Positions 12,301 to 24,300 of a stretch of 62,000 bases of DNA are shown piece after piece. Position numbers and translations under genes: made by a program. The stretch is from Lama guanicoe (lineage: Eukaryota). The notes beneath the pieces are model-generated. The model was not told where the DNA came from. It searched no databases and was given only the letters and a program-made list of their open reading frames with translations. The number at the start of each line of letters is the position of its first letter. The first letter of the stretch is position 1. The stretch covers positions 2,799,757 through 2,861,756 of the forward strand of contig MU054187.1 in the NCBI GenBank assembly GCA_013239625.1. Direction: 5' to 3'.

Positions 12301-15300
12301 GACTCATCTTCATTTTCTGCTGTTGTGTAAGGTCATCATAAGAGAAACAAAATCTTTTAACAAAAGACAAGTGTACTAAAGTGCACATACCACAAAGAGG
12401 ATTAAAAAAACCCAAAGCATCAAACAAGACAATAAACTCTTTCACTTAAAAATGTGAACATGTAACTTTAAAATGTTAAGAACTGAGTTCTCATTCCAAT
12501 AGACAGTGGACATGTGTTTAAATAATTAATGAGGGAGGTTAAATAGTTAATCAAAGGAGGTTACATGAAATTGAAAAATATGTACTTACAATCAGTGAAA
12601 ACAAAAAGAATGATGAATAAGATTGGTAAATTGAGTTAAAATATGGCTAATGTCTTAAGATAGATAAAAACATACTTTTGAGGTTATCTTCTCTCTTGGA
12701 CAAAGTTCATTTATATTTTGACCAGACTTAAATCTTTTGCATTTATTTTTCTGTCAGTTGACAACTAGTTTTATAGAGTTTGGGCTCTGGCCCGTAGTAA
12801 ATACTAAGGAATATTTCAGTTCTGCAGGGAGTCAGGTGACTCTCAGGCAGGCTTGTTTGACAGTGTCCTAGTACAACACGAAAGGGATGTGTTAACGTGC
12901 CCAACGTGCCCACTTATGCCAACTAATTCACTTTTGTAAATACTTTTGGTGGACCTACTACATGTAAAGTGCTGTGTGAAGTGTTCTCTATGGTAAAGAC
13001 AAAGATGGCCAAGATGGAATGCTTGCCCTTGAGTCTACCAGGAGCTGGTAAGATAATTTTAAATTGTAAGAAGTTTGGAACATCATTTTGCTTCCTGATT
13101 CTAACTGAATTCAAGTCCTGGGATTTTTTCTGACAAGTTTTGATTTTCCCAGTTTAACCACTAAATGGAATTTCTTTAACTGAGATATCATTGCTGTGAT
13201 GTAGTAAAGAGGACACTAGAATCTAAGTCAGTGACATAGAGTTGAACCCAGGCCCCAGCACTTGTCAACTTTTTGATCTTGAGCAAATCACTTACCTTCT
13301 CTGTGCTTCAGCTTATACTCTGTAAAATGAGATTAACCCTCATGTAGTAACTGTGAGGCTCATGTGAGATTGTTTATGAATGACAAAGCAGTGTACATTT
13401 GACAGTATGTTATCAATAGATAGTCATCAGAATATTTTTAAATTACATTTTCAATACCAATTGAATATGTTGTTTTATAAAATTTATTTCCTTCCATTTC
13501 CACATTTTCCCTATGTATATTTTAAGAAGGAAACTAAAATTTTTTCTTATAATCTTTTTTTCCTTTACCTCCTCTCCACCTCTTTATTTTTAAAATCATT
13601 AAGTATTTATCTAAGAACATCTTAGGGGGTTGGTGGTGATGAAAAGACCAGGACAAACAGGGTTCAGTGATGGCTGTGGTTACCACTGGTTAAACAGGAA
13701 AAGGGCAGACGTGGCCAGCATTTACCCCTTTAACTTATCCAGCGACTTCCCTGCTATTTATGTAGCCAACATTCATAGACTCTCTACTGTCATACAACTT
13801 ACTGTCCTTCTCCGAGGACTGGGAAGTGTCACCTCCACATGTCTGCCTCTCTTTTACTACCCTGGGTCCTTGGCTTCATAGTGTGGTGCCAATCCCGTAG
13901 GAAAACAGAACCAGGCTTCAGTGTCTGCCACGTCCTCCCTTCTATGGACCAAAGGTTCCTAGTTGTTGTTTTTTGTTTAGTTGGTTTTTTACTTACAAAA
14001 ATACTGTTATTTTTAACTTATGTCCGCTCTATAGTTCAAGAAGTAACAAGATGCTAAGAACACTTGCTGAAACATTTTCAAACTACTTGACTCTTGTTAT
14101 TACAGATTTTTCTCTCAGAAAGTCTTAATCAGAATCTCTAAACATTTGTTATTTGTTTTTAAGATATGAAGAATGTAACAACTGAAGAAATTTAAGTTGC
14201 CTTAGATTTCAGAGTTTTGGAAGGACTTGTTGGGTAACTGGCTAAATTACTGTTTCTTTTAATAATCAAGGGTGGGGAGCCTCAGAGGTTAAAATTAACT
14301 AGTAATCAAATTATCTCATAATTTCTCTTAACTTCCAGCCTTTTAAATAACATCTTAGAGGGAGATTCTCCAGGATTTAAAGGGTATTTGATTAAAAGTA
14401 GTGAAAAAATTTCAAACACGTGGTAGCATTTTGTGGTCAAGGGAAGCTTGGAGATAGGAAGAGCCGTTGGAGGGTAATGCACAAAGACAAAGGCGCGTCT
14501 GTTGAAGAGCCTTACATCATGTGGACAGGATTTCCCCCTTCTGTTATGAACATAAATTATATGTGTAGTACATGTTTACAAACCATGGTGCTTCTTTATA
14601 TGTGAGACTTAATTTACCACAAAGCATTTTGAAATTCTATTACCTTTTGTTTGGTGTGTGGTCATAGGTTTGCTTTTCTGACTTAAGGATCTCTGTTCTA
14701 CACAGGGAACATTTTTGAGGAGGTTACTGAAAAAATTATCTAAAAATGTATCTGTGAATTTGTTTAGAAGTGATGTTTAATATAGGAAGTATTTTCAGTA
14801 AATATGGAAATGTGAAGAGTTAATACTCTTTAATAGAAACACTCACTGCCCCCCCCCAATGCCCACTCACATCACTTTTATTCAACAGAGTATTGGAAGC
14901 GCTGGTCTGAGCAATTAGTCAAGACAAGGAATAAAAGGCATCTAAATTGGAAAGGAAGAAGTCAAAGTGTTACTATTTGCAGATGACATATTATATATAG
15001 AAAACCCTAAAGACTCTACCAAAAAACTGTTAGAAAAATAAACAAATTCAGTAAAATTGCAAGATATAAAATCAGCATATAGAAATCTGTTGCATTTCTA
15101 TACTCTAATAAGAGACTTTCAGAAAGAAAAATTAAGAAGACAGTCCCACTTACAACTGCACCAAAAAGAATAAAACAGCAAGGAAGTGAAAGGCCTGCAC
15201 AGTGAAAGCTGCAGGATGCCGTGAGAGAAGCAGAAGACACAAACACGTGGGATGGCGTTCCAGGCTCATGGGCTGAAAGAATTAATAATGTTAAATATTC

Positions 15301-18300
15301 GTATTACCCACGGCAATCTAGAGATGAACATGATCCCTGTAAAAACTCCAGTGGCATTTCCCCACAGAAGTAGAACTAACAATCCTAAAATTTGTATGGG
15401 AACACAGAAGACCCAAATAGCCTAGGCAAGCTTGAGATAAAAACAAATGCTTCTTGATTTCAAACTACATTACAAAGCTACACTAATCAGAACAGTATTA
15501 CTGGCATTAAGAACAGACATACAGATCGATGGACTAGAGCAGAGAGCTCAGAAATAAACCCAGGCATGTACGGCCAGTTAACTTGCAGCAGGGGAGGGGA
15601 AAGGACAACCTCTTCAGTGGATGGCGCGGGGAGAAGTGGGCAGCTGCGTGCAGAAGGCTGAAGCTGGGCCTCTGTGTGGCTCCGTGCGCAGGAACGAGCT
15701 CAGAGTGCATTAAAGACACGAATGCAAGACCTGTAACCGTAAAACTCCTGGAGGAAAACGGGTGATGAACGACTTGACATCATTCTTGGCAATGTGTGTG
15801 TGTGTGTTGTTTGGATTTGATACCAAAAACAAAGACATCCGAGTCAACAACAAACTAAAAAAATAAAAAGCTTCCACACAGCAAAGGAAGCAACCAACAA
15901 AACGAAAAGGCAGCCTGCAGATGGGACAAGATACTTGAATCGTATTTCTGACAAGGGGTTAGGAGTCAAGGTTACAAGGAACTCATACAACTCAATAGCA
16001 GAAAACCCAAGTGGTCTGATTAAAAAGTGTGCGGAGGATCTGAACAGGTATTTTTCCAAAGAAGACATGCAGACGGCCAACAGGCACATGAGAAGGTTCT
16101 CCACGTCACTGATATCAGGGAAATGCAAATCAAAACCACAATGAGATGTCACCTCATGCCTGTTAGAATGGCTGTTATCAAAAAGACAAGAGATCACCAG
16201 TGCTGGAGAGCACGTGCAGGAAACCCTCACCGACTGCTGCTGAGAATGTAGATTGGTGGAGCTACTACGGAGAATAGGATGGAGGTTCCTCACAAAAGAA
16301 AAGCAAGTGCCATGTGATCCGGCAACCCCACTTCTGAGTATATATCCAAAGGGTATGGATTCACTATTTTGCAAACATAGATGCACTCCCATGTTTATTG
16401 CATTATTCACACTAGTCAACGCATGGAAACCATGTAAGTCTCCGTCATCGGGGGAATGGATACAGAAATGTAGTCTATAGATAGAATGGATGTTATTCAG
16501 GCGTAAAAAATGAGATCCTGCCATTTGTGACACCTTTGATGGAGCTTGAGGGAATTATGCTAAGTAGAAAAAGTGTGACAGAAAGAGACAAATGCTACAT
16601 GATCTCACTTATATGTGGAATATAAAAAAGCCAAACTCACAAAAAGTGAAGCTTGGTGTTTGCCAGGAGGTGGGTGGTGGGGAAAAAGAGGAAGCGTTGT
16701 TCGAAGGGTACAAACTTCCAGTTATAAGAGGAGTAAATTCTGGGGCTCTGACGTACAGCATGGTGGCTCTAGTTAACAATATTGTGTAATTGAACGTTTC
16801 TAGGAGAAGATTTAAAAAATTCTCACCATAACAATAACAGCAGCAGTGGCCGCGGTGATCACGTGGCGTGAAGGCTGAGCTAATCAGCCGTGCTGTGGTC
16901 ATTATTTAGCTACATATAGGAGTTTTAAATCAATACTTTGTATACCTTAAAATTAGACAGTATTGTATGTCAATTACATCTCAAAAAAGTTGGAAAAAAA
17001 GTTCTGAAAGAAGCAAAGAAAAATTGAAAAATTGTGAAAAAGAAGATAATGAAGATAAAAATAGCTATCAATGACAGAAGGTAGAAAAACAGATGAATCG
17101 ATGTCACTTACGTGAGTAGGCGCCTGTGGGAAAAAAAATAAACCCACAGGTAGTAAACCACGTGTCGAAGAGCCTCATAAAAAAGAGAAAGAAAATAAAT
17201 GCCAAAATAAGATGAAGCGAACAGAACGACAAATTTATGTTAGAGAAAAATTCTGACACTACTTTATACAGTTCTGGGCTAAGAAGTTTGGATCTCTACA
17301 TGCAATGGGTGGCTACCTAAGAAAAACTGACCCAAGAAATTTGGCCTAAAAAATAATGAATGAGCCATGTAAGGAAATTTGACTCAATATTGATTCAAGT
17401 GAAAGTAGAAAACAAGACTAGTCAATAACAATACAGGTTTCAGAAGGCTGACCGCCTTCCGAAGCGTCTGGTTCCACCTGGGTTTATCAGCGCTTTCTCT
17501 GAGATGTCCGGGAAGCAGACGTTTCCGATGCCCTGCAGAGTGTTCCAGATTATGGAGCTGGAAAGCTTCTCGATAGACTTAATGATACCAAACTTGAAAA
17601 TGCACCAAATACGCAACTACGACTTAGTGCTTCTGGCACTGTTCTCTCACATGTCCCCGAGGTGACCAGGGACTCTTCTGGACCTCGGAGGACGTGTTCT
17701 AAAGGAGCTGTCTTTTTGTTGAGCATATCATGATTTGTAATGAGAACTCAAGCAAATAATTGTATTTGATAATTTTTCCACATCTGTTTAAAAGCATTGT
17801 CTCTTGTCTGAATGTTTGTGTCCTCCCAGACTTTCATGTTGAGAGCCTAAAGCCCTGTGCGGTGGGATTCATAGTTGGAGCCTCTGGGAGGTGCCACAGT
17901 CCTGGGTCGGGGGAAGCCCTCGGGAACGGGAGCTGTGCTCTAACGAAGAGGCTCCAGAGGGCCCCCCGGCCCTCCCGCTGGCCGTGACCCGGGAAGGGGC
18001 CCTCGCCAGGAGGTGGCCGTGCTGGCACCCTGATCACCAGAACCAGGAGAAGTCATTTTCTGTTGTTTGTAAGCTACCCTGGTCTCTGATATTTTCTTAC
18101 AGCCGCCCAAGCCAACCCAAACCAGTTTTAACTGGACGGTTACATTTCTCATTTCGCCGTACCCTACATACTCAAATAAAATTGAATTCCTGTTATTACT
18201 TCTGAGGACTTTCACGGTTGCTGGCACGATGTATCCCATGGCGCCTGCATTCTCCAGAACAGTTCTAGCTCAGCCTTGCTGGTCAGTGTATGTGCAGGTG

Positions 18301-21300
18301 TTCTGAAGTAAATGCGTGTGGTGTGAATCAGGATGTATAGTAAAGGAAGAACATGTAACAGCTAAGTTGGGTTCATGGGACATTTTTTTTCTTGGAAAAC
18401 AGGGTTATAATTTTGGAAAGAAGAGGTAAAATTATTGCCTACAGGTGATAGAAGTGTCTGTTAAAATGCAAGGAAGATCAACTGAAAAATGAATGAAAGA
18501 GGAGAATTTTGTAAAGTTATTAGAAGGTAAATCAGTGCACAGTAACTGGAGGCTGTTTTCCTTGTATTGAAAATATGAGCTGTGAAAGCTTTGATTTGGA
18601 GCAGGAACAAAAAGCATAAAATGTATGGCAACATCAGCAGCGAGCAGTCCGTGCCCATCGGAGCTGTCAGACGGGCTCTGTGTGAAAGCCAGTGAGACGC
18701 AAGGGGAAGTTCCAGCCAGGAGAGCTGGATTTGTAGATTCTGCCCCCCTTTCGAACTAAGTGAACCTGTTTGTTACTCAGCGGTTTATCTACCAGTGACC
18801 CGAGGCGGCTGTTTAATCCAGTTGCTGGTGTCGCTGCTCCGGCCGCACTGTGTTTTTGTTCTCTTTGCTGAGACAGAGGAAGGTGTGCTGTTGGCACAGG
18901 TTTAGTTTAGGCGCCAGCTGCTTGCGTCGGTGGTGCCTTGGCAGTTAAAGGAGCGTAGAACTTTGTTTAACCAAACTGCACCCCGGTCTGTCCAGTTGGT
19001 TGGGCAGAAACACTCGGCTGTGAGATTTATTTTTACTGAAGATCCCAGACTGTAATGGGGAGGATCTGCTGCAGTGGTTTCTTTACAGAAAGACCGTTGG
19101 TTACGCCAAAATCACGTGAAGCATCACAAGTGAGGAAATGACGGAGAATTGGAAAGACATGGGGAGAAATGCATAGATATACCCGCTAATTTTGGTCCAG
19201 AGAAATCACAGGCTCAGAGGAGAGAAAATCTGAAATACAGGGAAACACAATTAATCTAAAGGTAAATCCTGAGACAGACAGACAGCTGGCTTCCTTTTCC
19301 TGTCCCTGGCTCTTTGTACAGATAAAATCATGATGACTAGTGAAAATACTCCATTTTACCTATAAATGAAATTAAATTGTATTTTAACCAACTCCAGTTT
19401 ACAAATTAATATAAAACTAAACATTTAAAGAGAGATGATCATCTTCACGTGCACCCGCCCATTCTGTGGGCCTGGACCGGGTTCCGAGCGGCGGTTTGCC
19501 TTCGAGCATGTGTGTATTGCCGGGGTATGCAGCGTTGCTGACTTAGCAGATGTGTGCTCTTCGGAAGATGTTAGGTCCACGATGGGAAATGCAATTTAGG
19601 AAACCAAGAGCAGATCAGAGCTGTCCCCCTTCCCCCGTGTGGAAACTCACACTGAAGCAGCCTCATAAAACACCAAGTCCTGGAAGACGCTGTGCGTTTG
19701 TCACCTGTGTCAGGAATGGTTGTAAATGCCTCTTACAGTGTGCTGCTTTCACGTCTTGCTCTATTTGAAGAGCTAAAGCTTAAAGGTGCACAAGACCTTG
19801 ACACATTTGGAAGCCAGAACCTGTTTCTCAAAACCTCAAGTGATACCTGGCCCGTACATACGCATGCTGCATTCTTCCTTCTTTAATTTGTGTTTAGGAA
19901 ATGGCTGGTTTCTCGACGACGTTGTGATCAAGGACCCCACCACAAACCGCGAATACGGCTTTTTCTGCCACAGGTTTGTGCATGTGCTTTATGTCGGCCA
20001 AGTTCATTTCACGTTAGTTTCAGGTTCCTGTGTTTTGAAGCAACGGGTAGTTTATTCGTTCTTCCTAGTCGCTGATGCTTTGTTGGGAACCTGTTTTGAA
20101 CACTACTTTTAGGGGCTGCTTCTCCCATTTAGAAAGACATCCATCATGTTTATCATTACTCCTGATGTTGCAAATTTAAATATTTTTTGGTAAAAAATAT
20201 GATTTCTCTTTATATCTCAATAAGAAGGATGAAAGTTTCTGGCAGGAAAACTTACTCTCTAGGGACTGAGCCCCAAATTAGCTTCAAAAATAATAATTGT
20301 ACAAAATAAATGTTGCACGTGCCTTTTCACAACTGTGACTTTGCTCACTCCCTGTCACTAGGTCTTGAGTGGTGGATTATTTTCCCAATGGCAGCGATAG
20401 ATCTACTCTTTCTTTCAGCACTCTCCTGCCTCTTTCCCCACAGAACCACTAATAATAACCACTTATGCAATAACTTACTGTAGTTTGGACTGTAGTTGGT
20501 AGCCAAAGGACAGCATAAAATAACTAGTCCAGTGGGGTGTAAAGTCTAGGGGCTTGGCAGGCCCACTGATCAGGCAGCTCACTGTGGGTTAGGGAGCAGC
20601 CTGTTGCATCCTTGCCCGATAGCAGCTTCTCCGGCCTCCCTTGCTCCCTCAGAATCATTTTAAGCATTTCCTTTTCCATTTTCTACTCTGCTTTTACCCA
20701 CTAGGCATCTATGGCTCTTCCTGATTCCCGCTTTCCATTACTTCTGACTTGGCTAGTTGCCAGTGGTTAGTATATAATATAAATTCAGATTTACTTGGTA
20801 TACCTTCTTTCCACAGGTGGCTGGATCAGGGGGAAGGTGATGGCAAAATTGTCAGAGAGCTGTATGCCAGGGATAATGCTGTCATCTATGCACGTGAGTG
20901 TCACACGTTTCTTGGAAAATTCTGTTTTGTAAGGAGTGAGGGAAGCATGCCGCTGCTGAAATTAATGGTCCTCTCTTTTCCTTCCTATCCTCAGGGCAGA
21001 AGCTAGAAGTTAGTAGAAAAGAAATGGTAAGATTTTACTTATGGCTTTAAATAATTGGGTACAAGACAGTGTTCCAGTAGCCATTTGATGTGTTAAAAAC
21101 AGTGTATAATGTTTAGTGAGGGGTGTTTCTTTCCGTTTGTTTTGTTTTTCTATTTAGTGGGCTGCAGAGAGCTGGAAGTTCAGGAAGGGAAACACTCTTC
21201 AGTTCTACAGCAGGCGGACTGGAGGGTTTGTCCGCCTGCATCCGGACGGCACAGCTGACGCAGCTGGAGAGAAGTCAGACAAACACAGTGAGTCCGCGGA

Positions 21301-24300
21301 CAGAGTGCCCGGCGCTGCACCGGGGTCGGAAGCGGGAGGCAGCGCGTTCCTAGACTGCGTTTAAGTCTTGCTTCTTATTCTTCAGATGGTTTGCACCAGT
21401 ATTTGACTGTTCAGGTAATTCTTTGTCTGCATGAATCCAAGCCACCAGTACACTGCCGGCTTTACACCTGGGCAGACAGTGCAGTTACGCAGATAGTAAA
21501 CCGGGAAGCAGCTTGTGTTCGGTATTACTTACTTGAATACAGTGTGGGCCATTAATGCAAGCCGTTCATGGAAGGCAGCAGTTGTAGCTCTTGAATGTGT
21601 GGCCATTCAGGGAATTAAGTTGGTTCTTCTAAATACCAAGTACCTGTTATGTCCAAACACCACGTTAAATAATTTGAGGGCCACGGAAATAACTAAGTGG
21701 CTACCCTGAATTCCAAAGATTCACGATCTGATAAAGAAGACGAACACATGCAACAAGTCTAATAATGGTCGTTTGTAGCAGGTGTCATGATGAAAGCACA
21801 GAGGAAACAGTGGGCCGGGGAGAACTGGGTTATGTGTTGTTTGGTGTCAGCAGCCCCTGAAGCCGTGAGCATCGCAGTAAGTGAAGAAGGAGTGAGCAGA
21901 TCACGGGAGACCTTTGCCTGCAAACCCAAACCTCCAACTCTTCTTGAAGTCTAGGCTTTCACTGTTCAAGCAAAATTTGCTGCTGCAGAAGCAACTTTGC
22001 TCAAATAGCCCCGGGGATGTGCTGGAGACAGTAACGTACGGCACCTCCTCGAAGTGCAACCTGCACCTCATAGTCGGAGCCCGGGGACAACCCAGCTCTC
22101 TCCCTGTGAGAACCCGTGGGAGTCTAAGAATACGTCTTCGTAGCTCCTCTGCCCAAAGCGAGCCTGTCCCTTAGACGCTTCTCTTCCCTCCTGGCTCCAG
22201 GTTGGGGTCACCGTCTCCTTAGATCAGTCGCAGTAGTTCTTCATGTCCTGCTATGGGGTCCCTGCTGCCAACGCCGCTGCGCTTCATCCTTGCTAAACCT
22301 GGCAAGCTGTGCCTCCAAACGTGCTCACAAAGCACCTCCCGTTGTCAAGTCAGGGACTGCGAAGGCGCTGACTCTTACCCTACTTGCAGCAAACCCCAGA
22401 GTGCTGAGTGAAGGACCAAGGTCATATTTTCTCACAGCAGACGCAGCAGCCAGAGCGACAACCTGCAGTGGTTCCCCAAGTCCAGGCCCATGGCATCACG
22501 AGGCGAGGGCCTGACGGTACCTACATGTGCGGGTGGGCATTTTAGAGGAGAGAAGTCCCCAGACTAGGGAACTCTGATCTTAGACGGCGTTGCCCGTTCT
22601 TCCTTCTAGCGAAAGGGAAATAGAGAGAGAGACAGAGACAGTGAGAAAAGAGACAGAGAGAACCTGTCATTATTCTGGAATGTAAGCAAGTCTTCTCCAG
22701 GGGAGGGAAGGGAAGGTTTTCACCTTTACTCCTCTGGGATGTTGAGAGGGGGAGAGAGAGACAGAGACAGAGACAGAAACAGAGACAGAGACAGAGACAG
22801 AGAGACACAGAGACAGAGAGACAGAGACAGACAGAGAGAGAGAGACAGATAGCTGAGCTTCACTGTGCTAGAATGCTCCCTTATACAAACATTTGGGAAA
22901 TACCTTTATTCCAAGAGCCTGGACCACACAGGAGAACGGCAAATGTAGGGAGAACTGTCTTCTAAGACCCATCCTGCAAGCTGATTGATAAAGGGACCTT
23001 ATCACTCCCACATCAGGAAGTGGAGTGACTTCCTTACCCCTCGCTGGGTCCGCCCTTTCTCCGTGTTTGGCTGACAGAATACAGACGCAGCAACACTGTA
23101 GCCCCCAGGGTCTGCCTCTGCTGCCGCACTTCTTGGATTAGTCCTTCTTGGAAGCCAGCCTTCATGCCGTGAAGAAGCCCAGAGAACTATGCAGAGAGGC
23201 TCCCCAGGAAAGAACCGGGGTTCAGACGGCCCCAGCTTGACGTCTGACCTGCAGCCAGCACCCACTGCAGGCATGGAGACGCCGTAGACCAAACTAACCA
23301 GTTCATGAAGAAGATGGAGGAGCTTTTTACCCTTAAGAGTTCCCAGCATCTCAGTTCGCTGGTCCTGTGATACACAAAGCGGAATGAGCGGTCCTAAAGC
23401 AGGCGGTGCGGGAGAGTCTGCGCAGGCTTCCTCGGCGTGACTGACGTTTTACGACAAGAAGTCTTTTATGTGTGATAATTATTCACAGCTTAATTATTCG
23501 CAGCATTGTTTCCTGGTATTCTGGGCAGTGTCCCTGAATTCACACTCAGGAGCCAGTTTTCATCATATGCCTGGACAGTGTTGCGATGAACAAAGCTGAC
23601 CCGCGAACACCTTCTCAAAAAGATATTATAAGAACATTTCTCAGACATACCGGCTTACAATTTTCACTCCACAAAAAATGCCGTTTTCTCACCATGCGCC
23701 AGTCCTTCTATTTAGTTGTCATGCTGGTTGTGGATTTTGCTGTTTCCATACTCAGAGGGTTAGTTAGAAAGCTCATCGCTCCGAGAGCTGCTGAACCATT
23801 TCGTGGCAATACTGGGCCTAAAAGCAGATACACAGCACGAGAAGATCTCTGAAATACCAGAGGGAGCTTCACTGTATGATCATAAGCTCTGAGGTACTAA
23901 AAACAGCACTGCAGCGACACTGACGGTGAAACTCGGAAGCCAGGCTTCCTGTCTCGAGTGTGAATCCGAGGACTGAAAGGAAGGACCAGACAACCAGGGC
24001 AGTTCAGTTTTAGCTCTAAACCCTTCATGGCGACTTTGTGTCAGGGCCAGTTTCACAAACTTCCCATCGCTGACATCTAAATACAGATTCACACAGTTTT
24101 CTCATTTTATAGTAGTTTCTGACGTATAGCAGCATGATTCAGTTATGCATACATATTTATTCTTTCTCATATTCATTTCCATTAAAGTTTATTATAAGAT
24201 ATTGAACATGGTTTTCTGTACTATAGAGTAGGACCTTGTTGTTCGTCTTTTTTTTTATTGGAGTGAGTAGTTGATTGACAATGTTGTGTCAGTTTCCAGT

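Noticed and set aside
11974..12445. Possible processed pseudogene (several short ORFs)
   Set aside because: No recognisable protein, poly(A) tail or target-site duplication.
15844..16533. 229-aa ORF on the - strand, the longest in the track
   Set aside because: Antisense read-through of a decayed L1 ORF2.
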